Notes: generated by a model not told the origin, from the sequence alone. A DNA stretch of 64,000 bases from Candidatus Binatia bacterium (GCA_963666515.2 OY762897.2:352001-416000), one strand, 5' to 3'; shown: positions 48,558 through 59,363, counted from the stretch's first letter. Numbers and translations: made by a program.

Positions 48558-51500
48558 GTGAGCGCGGAGCTGACCGCGGTCGAGGCGGAGAACGAGCGCG
48601 GGATGACGCTCTCGAAGAAAAGCGTGACGGTGCCGGAGGGCGGGGCGGTAACCTACACGGTGAAGCTGAACGCCGCGCCGAGCGGCGACGTGACGGTGAC
48701 GGCGGCGGTGACCGGCGACGACGACATCGTCGTACAACTGGGGTCGTCGCTGAAATTCACGACGACGAGTTGGAGCACCCCGAAGACGGTGAGGCTGGCG
48801 GCGACGGCCGACGGCGACGGCCTGGACGGCACGGCGACGATCACGCACACCGCCACCGGCGGCTCCTACAACAACCTGACGGCGACGCTGACGGCCGCGG
48901 AGGCGGACGATGACCGCAAGCTTATAGGGGTGGCCAACAGCCTGTTCTTGAGCGAGGGAAGCAGCGACAGCTTCAAGATGGGCTTGAACACCGTGCCGTC
49001 CGGGACGGTTACGATAACGGTGAACAAGAAAACCGGCGGCGACCCGTCCCTGGCGGTGGACACGGACCCGGACGCGGCGGGCAACCAGAACACGTTCACC
49101 TTGACCAAGGCATACAATGCGAACGACCCGACGGCGCACCACACGATCAAGGTGTCCGCGGGCGATGATGCTGACGCCTACAACGCCGCCGAAAGCGATT
49201 CGTTCACCTTCACGGCCAGCGGCGGCGGCTACGACGACGCGAGCAAGTCGTTCGACGTCAACGTGACCGACGACGATGCCATCGGGCTGGCGCCGTTCCG
49301 GGGCCTGACGGGCCGGAAGGCGAGCTGGGCCATAGGGGCCGGCGACGTGGCCTGGGTGCGGGAGGGCGGGACGGTCACCGTCCCGGTGCGGCTGGCCTCG
49401 CGGCCGAACGGCGACGTGACGGTGACGGCGACAAGGCCGAACAACCCCAACAACTTCCCGTTTCTCGCCCCGGAGCACGCGGACCTGACCGTTGACCTGG
49501 ACGCCGGCACGCCGGGCGTCCAGGACACGATGACCTTCACCTTCCTGAACTGGAACGTCCCGCAGAACATCACTCTGGCGGCGAAGGAAGAGGCGCCGCA
49601 GAACGCGAACGATCCCGCCGACGACACCACGGACAGCCGGGGGTCGATCCTCCTGGCGGTCGCCAGCACCGCCGATTCCAAGTACACCGCGAGTCAACAG
49701 ATAAACCTCCAGGAGGCGGACAACGACGTCACCGGCCGGGCGTTGACGCTGTCCGCGTCGAGCCTGTCGGTGATCGAGGGCTTGACGACGACCTATACGG
49801 TGGCTCTGGCCAGCAAGCCGGACAACGACGTGGTGGTGACGGTGGCGCGGACCTCCGGCGACACGGACCTGAGCGTGTCGGGAACGTCATCGTTCACCTT
49901 CACGACGACGAACTGGAACACGGGGCAAACGGTGACGCTGGCGGCGGCGCAGGATGACGACGATTTCACCAACGGCAGCGCCGTGTTCACGCACACGGCC
50001 ACCGACGGCGGCTTCACCGGCGTGACCGCCGAGTTGACGGCTACGGAGTTGGACAACGACGTCGTCGCCGGCCGGGCTCTGACGCTGTCGGCGTCGGGCC
50101 TGACGGTGCCCGAGGGCGGGACGGCGGCCTACAACGTGGCGCTGGCGGTAGCGCCGGTTGGAACGGTGACGGTGGCGGTGACGAAGAAGGAGGACGGCGA
50201 CCCCGACCTGACGGCGAGCCCGGACATGCTGACCTTCACGACGCAGAACTGGAGCACCGCGCAAAGGGTGACGCTGAGAGCGGCGGAGGACGGCGACCGG
50301 CAGGCGGGCGGGGCGGTTTTCGTCCATACCGCGACCGGCGGCGGCTACGGCTACGGCGGCGGGGACGCGACGGTGGCCGAACTGGCGGCGACCGAGAGGG
50401 AAAACGACATCCTCGTCGTCGGCCGCGTGCTGTCGCTGGTGACGGTGGGCGTGACGGTGCCGCCGTCGGGCGTGACGGTGCCGGAGGGCGGGACGTCGAC
50501 CTACACGGTTGCGCTGTCGGAGGCGCCGTACGGCCCGGTGACGGTGGCGGTGGCGAAGAAGGAGGGCGGCGACCCGGACCTGACGGTGGACACGGACCCG
50601 AACACGGAGGGCGTCCAGGGCACGCTGACCTTCACGACGACGGATTGGAGCATGCCCCAGACGGTGACGCTGAGGGCGGCGGAGGACGGCGACCGGGAGG
50701 AGGGTAAGGCGGTTTTCGTCCATACTGCGACCGGCGGCGGCTACGGCGAAGGCACGGGTGCGACGGTGGCGGAGTTGACGGCGACGGAGGAGGAAAACGA
50801 CCTTCTCGTCGTCGGCCGCGCGCTCGTGCTGTCGGCGTCGGGCGTGACGGTGCCGGAGGGCGGGACGTCGACCTACACGGTTGCGCTGTCGGAGGCGCCG
50901 TACGGCCCGGTGACGGTGGCGGTGGCGAAGAAGGAGGGCGGCGACCCGGACCTGACGGTGGACACGGACCCGAACACGGAGGGCGTCCAGGGCACGCTGA
51001 CCTTCACGACGACGGACTGGAACGAGCCGCAGGCGGTGACGCTGAGGGCGGCGGAGGATGGCGACCGGGAGGAGGGTAAGGCGGTTTTCGTCCATACTGC
51101 GACCGGCGGCGGCTACGGCGCGGGCGTGGACACGACGGTGGCGGAGTTGACGGCGACCGAAGAAGAAAACGACCTTCTCGTCGTCGGCCGCGCGCTCGTG
51201 CTGTCGGCGTCGGGCGTGACGGTGCCGGAGGGCGGGACATCGACCTACGCGGTTGCGCTGTCGGTTGCGCCGTACGGCCCGGTGACGGTGGCGGTGATGA
51301 AGAAGGAGGGCGGCGACCCGGACCTGACGGTGGACACGGACCCGAACACGGAGGGCGTCCAGGGCACGCTGACCTTCACGACGACGGACTGGAACGAGCC
51401 GCAGGCGGTGACGCTGAGGGCGGCGGAGGATGGCGACCGGGAGGAGGGTAAGGCGGTCTTCGTCCATACGGCGACCGGCGGCGGCTACGGCGCGGGCGTG

Positions 51501-53312
51501 GACACGACGGTGGCGGAGTTGACGGCGACCGAAGAAGAAAACGACCTTCTCGTCGTCGGCCGCGCGCTCGTGCTGTCGGCGTCGGGCGTGATGGTTCCGG
51601 AGGGCAAGACGGCCTCCTACACGGTGGCGCTGGCGGTGGCGCCGTACGACCCGGTGACGGTGACGGTGGCGCGGGCCGCCGGCGACGATACCGACCTGAC
51701 CGCGGCCCCGGCGACGCTGACGTTCACGGCGACGGACTGGAACACGCCGCAGATGGTCACGCTGTCGGCGGCGGAGGACGACGACGGCGAGCGGGGCGAG
51801 GCGGTTTTCATCCATACTGCGACCGGCGGCGGCTACGGTGAGGGCGCGGAAGCGACGGTGGCGGAGTTGACGGCGACCGAGGAGGACAATTTCGTGCCGA
51901 AGGCGCGTGAGCGGCTGGCGCAGGCGAACGAGGCCATCCTGCCCGAGATATTGCGGGCGGTGGTGCAGCACAAGATCGACAACGTGGTGTCGCGGGTCGT
52001 GTCGCAAGCCGTGTCGGGGATGATCGGGACGGACGATGCTCTCGCGGCGGCCGCGCACCTGCTGGCCCGGCACGGCGAGGCGATCCAGGACGGCGTGTTC
52101 TCCTGGCGCGAGGCGCTGGCTGGCGTTGACTTCGCGTTGCCGCTCTCCGACGGCAAGGACGGCGCCGACGGGAAACGCGGTTCGGGAATTGCGTTGTGGG
52201 CCATGGGGGACTACCTCCACCTTTCTGACGACCGTCCGGTGGAGTGGTCCGGCGGCCTGTTCGGCGCCCATGTGGGGAGCGACGTGCGGATCGGGCGAAA
52301 CCTCCGGGCCGGGTTGGGACTTTCCTGGGAGGAGGGCTCGTTCGACTACATCCACCGCTTGGACGACGGCGACGAGGTTGCCGGAACCGAGGAGGTGCGG
52401 ATGACCAGCGTCTATCCCTACGCGGGCTGGCGTTTTCCCGGCGGCTCGAATCTGTGGGCCACCGTCGGCTACGGCCAGGGTGAGGTCGAGTTCGAGGACA
52501 ATGTGCTGGACCGGCAGAGGGGCGACCTGCGGCAGCTTATGGCCGCCGCAGGCGGGACCGCCCGGCTGGCGGAAGCGGAAGGCGCCCTCTTCGGCGGCGA
52601 GGGGACGCTCGACGTCAAGACCCAGGTGTCGCTGGGGCGGCTCGCGGTCGCCGACAACGGTGCGATGATCCCGAAGACCACGGTGTCGGCCTACGGTGCG
52701 CGCGTCGCGTTGGAGGGCTCGGAGGCGATCGGCTTGGCCGGGGGCAGGACGTTGACGCCGTCTCTGGAGGCCGGGCTGCGCTGGGACGGCGGCGATGGCG
52801 AGACCGGGGCCGGCCTGGAGTTGGGCGGCGGGCTCGACTACACGGATCGGGCACTGGGCTTGTCCGCAGGCGCGCGCGGCCGAGCCCTCGTGGCGCACGA
52901 GAGCGGTCTGCGCGAGTGGGGCGCGAGCGGCTGGCTGCGGCTGGTTGCCGACAGTCTCGGGCGCGGCCTGTCGCTGGAGGCATCGCCGTCGTGGGGCAAG
53001 TCGGCGAGCGGCGTCGACGACCTGTGGCAACGCGGGGTGGCGGGTGCGGCGGACGAGGCCCGCGGCGAACCGCCGCAGATGCGTTTCGACGTGGAGGTCG
53101 GCTACGGTCTGGCGGCGCCGCCCGGCCGCCGTGGCCTGCTGACCCCCTATGCCGGCTTCGGTGTGACGGAGGGCGGCTCCCGGAGCTACCGCGCGGGCAC
53201 CCGCTTCGAACTCGGCGCCGCGACCATGATCGACCTGGAGGGAAGCCGCGAGGATGACGCGGCCGGGGCCTCCGAACACGCCGTCGCCCTGCGCATGACG
53301 GTCTACTGGTAG
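48558..53312 (+). pseudogene. 3' fragment of the adhesin: about 9 Ig/Calx-beta-like repeats and autotransporter beta-barrel
   Basis: VPEGGT.TYTV.L...LTFTT.NW repeats; barrel-like GLRWDGGDGETGAGLELGGG; terminal aromatic residue (VYW); no signal peptide. Confidence 0.85.
50465..51580 (+). repeat. Three near-identical 372-bp (124-aa) intragenic tandem repeats
   Basis: gtcgggcgtg anchor recurs at 50465, 50837, 51209 and 51581. Confidence 0.88.
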
Positions 53313-53344
53313 ATCTTCCTCTATATGGCGCTGAACTGCCGCCG

Positions 53345-54172
53345 TTACGGTCTGGTGGACTGATTCACGGTCTCGTTGAGGGAGCCGGTGCGGTAGCCCT
53401 GCAGGTCGATGCTGACGTAGGTGAAGCCGGCGTCCTTGAAACGCCGCAGGATCTCTTCGCGGATTTCTGGTCGAAGCAGCCTGTCCATCTCCTCCGATGC
53501 CACCTCGATGCGCGCCAGCTCGTCATGGTAGCGCACCCGGTAGACGCGGAAGCCCAGCTCCCGGAGCACGCGCTCGCAACGGTTCACCTGGGTGAGCTTC
53601 TCCGGGGTGATGGCGGTGCCGTAGGGGAAGCGGCTGGAGAGGCAGGCCAGGGCGGGCTTGTCCCAGACCGGGAGGCCCATGCGGCGGGCGGCCTCGCGAA
53701 TGTCGGCCTTGGTGAAGCCCAGCTCGTCCAGCGGCGAACGCACGCCGCGCTCGCGCGCGGCCTTGCGCCCCGGTCGGTGGTCGCCCCGGTCGTCCAGGTT
53801 GAAGCCGTCCAGCACGTGGGCGATGCCGAGCGTCGCGGCTTCCTCGATGGCCTTGCCGTAAAGCTCGGTCTTGCAGAAGTAGCAGCGGTTGACGGGGTTG
53901 GCCGCGTAGCGGGGATCGTCCAGTTCGTAAGTGTCAATGAGCAGGTGCCGGGCGCCGATGCTTTCCGCCAGGCTCCGGGCGTCCGCCCCCTCCTCGGGCG
54001 CCAGGCTGGGGGAGACCGCGGTCAGCGCCAGAGCGTCGTCCCCGAGAACGTTCACGGCCTCCGCCAGCAGGTAGCCGGAGTCGACGCCGCCGGAGAAACA
54101 GACCACCACGTGGCCCATCTCCCCGAGCAGCGCCCGAAGCCCCGCCACCTTTCGCTCCAGCCCCCGCCTCAC
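53345..54172 (-). CDS. larE: ATP-dependent sulfur transferase LarE (CxxC...C type)
   Basis: PP-loop SGGVDS, RCYFCK, RPG, ACLSSRFPYG, GYRTGSLN. Confidence 0.9.
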   Translation of the reverse strand: MRRGLERKVAGLRALLGEMGHVVVCFSGGVDSGYLLAEAVNVLGDDALALTAVSPSLAPEEGADARSLAESIGARHLLIDTYELDDPRYAANPVNRCYFCKTELYGKAIEEAATLGIAHVLDGFNLDDRGDHRPGRKAARERGVRSPLDELGFTKADIREAARRMGLPVWDKPALACLSSRFPYGTAITPEKLTQVNRCERVLRELGFRVYRVRYHDELARIEVASEEMDRLLRPEIREEILRRFKDAGFTYVSIDLQGYRTGSLNETVNQSTRP

Positions 54173-54732
54173 GGCGTCGTCTTCACCTTCGGACGCTCCA
54201 GCAGCGTGTCGCGCCAGCGCTTCACGTTGGGCAGGTCCTCGGTGATGGACGTCCGGTAGTGGTCCTCGCGGGTGAAGAACGGGATGTACGTGATGTCCGC
54301 CAGCGAATAGTCGTCGACGATGTAGTCCCGCCCGGCCATGCGCTCTTCCAGCGTCTCCAGGTGCTCCCGCAGCCGCTTCTTGTTCTTCTCCACCTCGTGG
54401 TCGTGGCGGATGTTGCCCGCGGCGGCCTGAAGCCGGGTGTTGCAGAAGTCGATCCAGATGCGCACCTCGGCGCGCTTCGCCAGGTCCCTGGGCATCAGCG
54501 ACACTTCGGGAAACTTCTCGTCCAGGTACTCGTTGATGACCGCGGATTCGTAGATCACCGTGTCCCCGTCCACCAGCACGGGCACCTTGCCGTACGGGTT
54601 GAGCGTGACCAGCTCCTCCGACTTGTTCTTGAGATCACACTCCACCAGATCGTAAGGGATGTCTTTCTCTGCCAGGACAAGCCTTGTCCTGTGGGCGTAC
54701 GGTCAAGGACCGTAGGACAGCAGTCGCAACAT
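54169..54732 (-). CDS. Glutathione S-transferase family protein, probable selenoprotein (UGA at codon 10)
   Basis: RBS AAGGAGG, then ATG 54732: MLRLLSYGP-UGA-PYAHRTRLVLAEK in frame with GST motifs NPYGKVPVL, YESAVI, SLADI. Confidence 0.85.
54671..54696 (-). promoter_or_regulatory. Putative bacterial SECIS hairpin
   Basis: mRNA CAGGACAA-GGC-UUGUCCUG: 8-bp stem, loop starting with G, 19 nt after the UGA. Confidence 0.7.
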
Positions 54733-54779
54733 GTCTTCCTCCTTCGATTCCGCGGCCGGCTTTCGCGCGGCCGCCGTTC

Positions 54780-54805
54780 GGGCGGGCTTGAAACCCGCCC
54801 CCTGC
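54780..54805 (-). repeat. REP-like palindrome, family C
   Basis: gggcgggcttgaaacccgccccctgc, related to 37172-37196. Confidence 0.6.
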
Positions 54806-54811
54806 TCCAAT

Positions 54812-55198
54812 TTACGCGATGATCGGCTCCTTGACCGGCGTGTGGCTGGGCCGCCGCGGCACCCGTGTGCGCGGCTTGCCGTCGACCTGCGAGTTGCCCG
54901 CGCCGAACAGCAGCATGCGTCCCTCGCCCGTGTTGCAGAGCTGGTAGGGCTGGCCCGATTTCAGCAGGATCGTGTCGTGGGGGTTCAGGATGAACTCGTT
55001 CTCCGGCGTCCGCACCGTGCACTGCCCTTCGAGGACCATGAAGACGTGGTCGTCGTTCTCGTGGTAGTGCATGTCGTCCTGCATGTTCTCTTCGCAGTTG
55101 ATGGTCCAGAAATAGGTCAGGTCCGTGCGCCACAATGAAAGGTGGCGGACTTCCGGGTTGGCCTTGGCCTCGTCGATGGGGTTCTTCACCTCGTACAT
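54812..55198 (-). CDS. Cupin domain protein
   Basis: MHYHENDDHVFMVLEG; RBS AGGAGG. Confidence 0.82.
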   Translation of the reverse strand: MYEVKNPIDEAKANPEVRHLSLWRTDLTYFWTINCEENMQDDMHYHENDDHVFMVLEGQCTVRTPENEFILNPHDTILLKSGQPYQLCNTGEGRMLLFGAGNSQVDGKPRTRVPRRPSHTPVKEPIIA

Positions 55199-55231
55199 GC
55201 GCGTGTCCTCCTGCTGCTTCCGACAGGGCGG

Positions 55232-55480
55232 CTACTTGTTCGCCACCAGCTTTCCGTGGGTGCCGTCGCAATACGGCCGGGTCCTGGACCGCCAGCACGC
55301 GCAGATGGCCATGGTACGCGGCTCGTCCACGGTGATCTCGCGGGGCGTGATGGAAGTCACCTTGTGCGACCCGTCGCAGAACGGGAAGTTCTGTGTCCGC
55401 CCGCACATGCAGTAGAACCGGCTCCGGGACTCCTGCCGGACGATCACCGGCTCGATCAGGTCGTCGTAGGCCAAGCCCAT
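55232..55480 (-). CDS. Double CDGSH iron-sulfur domain protein
   Basis: CMCGRTQNFPFCDGSH and CACWRSRTRPYCDGTH. Confidence 0.92.
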   Translation of the reverse strand: MGLAYDDLIEPVIVRQESRSRFYCMCGRTQNFPFCDGSHKVTSITPREITVDEPRTMAICACWRSRTRPYCDGTHGKLVANK

Positions 55481-55700
55481 TCTGATTCCTCCATCGGTGT
55501 GGGACGCGCCGTTCCGTCAACCGGGCGGCCTCCGATCCACACCCGCTCCGTAGCTTCACCGTATACTCCACTTTGCCGCGGAGGGCCAGACGGCGCGGTA
55601 GAGGCTGCGTTTGCCGGGCTTCGGGTCGGTTCCGATTCTCGGAAACTTCAGCAAATGTGATAAAGTGGCCTGCAGTGAAAGCGGCATCGGAAGGCCTTTC

Positions 55701-55862
55701 ATGATCGAGACCGACTGCTACAGCGACGAAGAGATCGCCGAGTGGGACGAGGCAGACAAGCTGACGCACGCGGAACGCCTGCGAATCCTCGACAAGCTCG
55801 GCCAAAGAAATGAGGCTGGTTCTCGACACAACCGACTATGGCCTGGGAGCCTGGCCGAGTAG
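55701..55862 (+). pseudogene. Remnant of an antitoxin/PIN-toxin pair
   Basis: YSDEEIAEWDEADKL resembles an AbrB-type antitoxin tail; ATG 55810 gives MRLVLDT, a PIN-like start that then degenerates. Confidence 0.4.
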
Positions 55863-55873
55863 TCGAATTTCAG

Positions 55874-55944
55874 GGGGCGACCGCGGGTCGCCCCTACACA
55901 TGCCCCAGCGATGAACTTCATGTAGGGGCGACCCGTGGTCGCCC
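55874..55944. repeat. GTAG-type REP doublet, family B
   Basis: ggggcgaccgcgggtcgcccctac-24 bp-gtaggggcgacccgtggtcgccc. Confidence 0.82.
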
Positions 55945-56021
55945 AAGCCGTGCCTCATCCGTTAGACTTGCAAGGCGTCTCGAAGGGAGCTAATTCCTGT
56001 AGTTAGTTACCCGCCGGCAGC

Positions 56022-59000
56022 GTGCTGTCGGCTCAAGGGCCGTTCCGCGGAGCGGCCCTTGCTATTTTTGCGTCTGCGCCGCCGGAGAGAACGCCGTTGC
56101 AAGATGCTGCCAGACTCCTGCCCGAGCGCCTCCCCGACGTCGGGGGGCTTGTCGAGGTGCGTTCGCGGCGCTGGCTGGTGGAGGCGGTCGAGGCGGAGTC
56201 GGGTCGGGTCAGCCTTGCGTGTGCGGACGACGACGCGCAGGGGCAGACCCTGGAGGTCTACTGGGAATTCGAGATCGACCGGCGCATCCTCGAGGCGGAG
56301 GCGTGGAACGCCATCGGGGCCAAGGGGTTCGACGCGCCCCGGCACTTCAGCGCGTTCCTCCACACGTTGCGCTGGAACTGCGTCACCGCCACGGACCCGA
56401 ACCTATTCCAGTCGCCGTTCCGGGCCGGCATCAAGATCGACGCCTACCAGATGGAGCCGCTCCGCAAGGCGCTCCGGCTGCCCCGGGTGAATCTGTTCAT
56501 CGCCGACGACACCGGCCTCGGCAAGACCATCGAGGCGGGCCTGATCGCGCGGGAGCTGTTGCTGCGCAAGAAGGTCAAGACCATCGTTGTCGCCGCGCCC
56601 GCCTCCGTGCTGGAGCAGTGGAAGGCCGAGATGGAAGAGCGTTTCGGCCTGCTGTTCGTGATCCTCGACCGCGCCTACCTCACGCAGGTCCGGCAGGACC
56701 GGGGATTCGGCGTGAATCCCTGGCGCACCCACAGCCGGTTCCTCGTGTCCCACAACCTGCTCATCGACCCGGCCTACGCCGATCCCATGCGCGAGTGGCT
56801 CGGGGCTCTTCTGCCGGGCAGCCTGCTCATCCTGGACGAGGCCCACCATGCCGCGCCGTCGAGCGGCGGGCGCTACGGCATCGAGTCGAAGTTCACCCGC
56901 GCGATCCGCGACCTCGGCGGCCGGTTCGAACACCGTCTGTTCCTGTCCGCCACTCCCCACAACGGTCACTCCAACAGCTTCTCCACGCTGCTTGAGCTGC
57001 TCGATCCGTACCGCTTTACCCGCGGCGTGCCGGTGCGGGGAAAGAGGGAACTCGAAGAGGTCATGGTCCGGCGCATCAAGGAGGACATCCGTGAGGTGCA
57101 GGGCGGCTTCCCTAGGCGGCGCGTGGAGCCGATACGGATCGACGGCCTGCCGGACGACGCGCCGGAACTCGTTCTGTCGAGGCTCCTTGACGAATACCGC
57201 GGTCTGCGGGAACAGCGGCTGGCTGGCGCCAGGCCGCAGGCCAGGGCCATGGCCGGTCTGCTCGTGGTGGGACTGCAACAGAAGCTCCTGTCATCCATCG
57301 AGGCGTTCGCCATCTCGCTCGCGCGGCATCGCAGGACGGTCGAGCGTTTGCGGGCGCAAGGCGACGGCGACGGACGGGACGCCCCGGACGCACGGGTTGC
57401 GGCCACGGCGACCGAACCGTTCCTGAAGCTGTTTGCGAAACCTCCTGACGCGGACGACGAGCGCGCGGAGCAGACCGACGAAGAGAGCGCGGCCGAGGAA
57501 GAAGCGCAGATCACCTCCATCAATGCGGCCGCGGAGAAGGATGCGCCTGCGGACGCGGCGACGGAGGCGGCCTGGGACAGGGAGCAGGCCCTTCTGAGCC
57601 GCATGCATGAAGTCGCCGAGGCCGCCCGCGGCCGTCCCGACGCCAAGACCCGCCGCCTGATCGACTGGATTCACGACAACCTCTGTCCCGACCGGCCGCG
57701 CTGGAACGAACGGCGGGTGCTGATCTTCACCGAGAACGTCATCGGCACGAAACGGTACTTGCGCGAGATGCTGGAGCAGGCCATAGCCGGCACTGACCTC
57801 GCCGAGGAGCGCATTGAGACCATCGACGGCCAGACCGTCGGCGCCAGGCGCAAGGAGATCCAGCGCCGCTTCAACGCCGATCCGGCGCGCGATCCGTTGC
57901 GCATCCTCATCGCCACGGACGCGGCGCGCGAGGGGCTGAACTTCCAGGCGCACTGCACCGACCTGTTCCACTTCGACCTGCCCTGGAACCCGGGCCGCAT
58001 CGAGCAGCGCAACGGCCGCATCGACCGCAAGCTGCAACCGGCCCCGGAGGTGCGCTGCCGCTACTTCGTGCTGCCGCAGCGCGCCGAGGACCGGGTACTC
58101 GAAGTGCTGGTCCGCAAGACCGCCACCATCAAGGAAGAACTCGGCAGCCTCTCCAAGGTGATCGACGACGAGGTGGAGCACCGCCTGCGCGGCGGCATCC
58201 GCCACCGGGACGCGGAGCGCCTCGCGCGCGACATCGAGGCGGCCGATCTCGACCCCGAAAGGCGGCGTGTGGCCGCGGAGGAACTGGAAGCCGCCCGCGA
58301 ACGGCAGGACGACTTGAAGGGGCAGATCGAACGGTGCCGCGGGCTGCTCGACCAGTCGCGCCGGTGGGTGCAGTTCGAGGCGCAACCCTTTCGCAACGCC
58401 CTGTCCTGTTCCCTGGAGATGCTGGGCGCGGAGCCCTTGAAGGAAACACGCACCGGCGAGGGCGACGTGGTCTGGACGTTGCCGCCGCTGGCGGGCAAGC
58501 CGCTGGCGGACACGAGCTGGACCGCCACGCTGGACACGCTGCGCGCGCCCCGCAAGACCGACCAGAAGCTCGCGGAATGGCGGCGGCAGGCGCCGATCCG
58601 TCCGGTGGTGTTCGAGGACGCCGGCGTGCTCACCGACGACACCGTGCACCTGCACCTGGAGCAGCGCATGGCGCAACGGCTGCTGGCGCGCTTCCGCGCC
58701 CAGGGGTTCGTCTACCACGACCTGTCCCGCGCCTGCCTCGTTCAGGCCGCCGACTCCGTCCCTCGGGTGATTCTGCTGGGGCGGCTGTGTCTCTTCGGGC
58801 GCCATGCCGAGCGTCTGCACGAGGAGCTGATCCCGGTGGCGGCCCGCTGGATCGAGCCGTCGCGCCGCAACGGACCGCTCAGGGCCTATGCCGAGGAGGC
58901 GGAAGCACGAACGCTGGAACGCCTGGAGACGGCCTTGCAGAGCGCCCGAGGCCCGAACGAGACGATTCACCGCAGGCTGCGCGATACCGCGGCCCAGGAC

Positions 59001-59363
59001 ATCGAAGACCTGCTGCCGCAGCTCGAAGGCCGCGCCGAGGACGTGGCCCGGAGCGCTGGGGACAGGCTTCGCGCGCGCGGCGAAAGGGAGGAACAGCAGC
59101 TTCGCGAGACTCTGGAGCGTCAGCGCCAGCGCGTGGAAACGGAACTCGGCAAGCACGAGGGCCGCGGAACCCAGCTCACGCTGGAGTTCAGCGAAGCCGA
59201 GATGCGCCAGCTCCAGGCCGACATCGCGTCGTGGCGCGTGCGCCTGGACCAGTTCGACAGCGACCTGAAGACCGAACCGGCCCGGATACGCGAGTTCTAC
59301 GAAGTGCGGGCACAACGAGTCGAGCCCATCGGCTTGGTGTACCTGTGGCCGGACACCGGTTGA
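56022..59363 (+). CDS. drmD: DISARM-type SNF2-like helicase (start uncertain)
   Basis: IADDTGLGKT, DEAH, SAT, ATDAAREGLN, WNPGRIEQRNGRIDR, C-terminal GLVYLWP. Confidence 0.85.
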   Translation: MLSAQGPFRGAALAIFASAPPERTPLQDAARLLPERLPDVGGLVEVRSRRWLVEAVEAESGRVSLACADDDAQGQTLEVYWEFEIDRRILEAEAWNAIGAKGFDAPRHFSAFLHTLRWNCVTATDPNLFQSPFRAGIKIDAYQMEPLRKALRLPRVNLFIADDTGLGKTIEAGLIARELLLRKKVKTIVVAAPASVLEQWKAEMEERFGLLFVILDRAYLTQVRQDRGFGVNPWRTHSRFLVSHNLLIDPAYADPMREWLGALLPGSLLILDEAHHAAPSSGGRYGIESKFTRAIRDLGGRFEHRLFLSATPHNGHSNSFSTLLELLDPYRFTRGVPVRGKRELEEVMVRRIKEDIREVQGGFPRRRVEPIRIDGLPDDAPELVLSRLLDEYRGLREQRLAGARPQARAMAGLLVVGLQQKLLSSIEAFAISLARHRRTVERLRAQGDGDGRDAPDARVAATATEPFLKLFAKPPDADDERAEQTDEESAAEEEAQITSINAAAEKDAPADAATEAAWDREQALLSRMHEVAEAARGRPDAKTRRLIDWIHDNLCPDRPRWNERRVLIFTENVIGTKRYLREMLEQAIAGTDLAEERIETIDGQTVGARRKEIQRRFNADPARDPLRILIATDAAREGLNFQAHCTDLFHFDLPWNPGRIEQRNGRIDRKLQPAPEVRCRYFVLPQRAEDRVLEVLVRKTATIKEELGSLSKVIDDEVEHRLRGGIRHRDAERLARDIEAADLDPERRRVAAEELEAARERQDDLKGQIERCRGLLDQSRRWVQFEAQPFRNALSCSLEMLGAEPLKETRTGEGDVVWTLPPLAGKPLADTSWTATLDTLRAPRKTDQKLAEWRRQAPIRPVVFEDAGVLTDDTVHLHLEQRMAQRLLARFRAQGFVYHDLSRACLVQAADSVPRVILLGRLCLFGRHAERLHEELIPVAARWIEPSRRNGPLRAYAEEAEARTLERLETALQSARGPNETIHRRLRDTAAQDIEDLLPQLEGRAEDVARSAGDRLRARGEREEQQLRETLERQRQRVETELGKHEGRGTQLTLEFSEAEMRQLQADIASWRVRLDQFDSDLKTEPARIREFYEVRAQRVEPIGLVYLWPDTG

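Noticed and set aside
54169-54645. 158-aa GST, or a GST pseudogene
   Set aside because: The short form lacks the active-site strand; the RBS, UGA position and hairpin favour Sec readthrough, though a nonsense mutation is not fully excluded
55496-55543. Possible riboswitch in the CDGSH leader (GGTGTGG/CCACACC pairing)
   Set aside because: Only a 7-bp helix and no recognisable aptamer consensus; would need an Rfam/Infernal search
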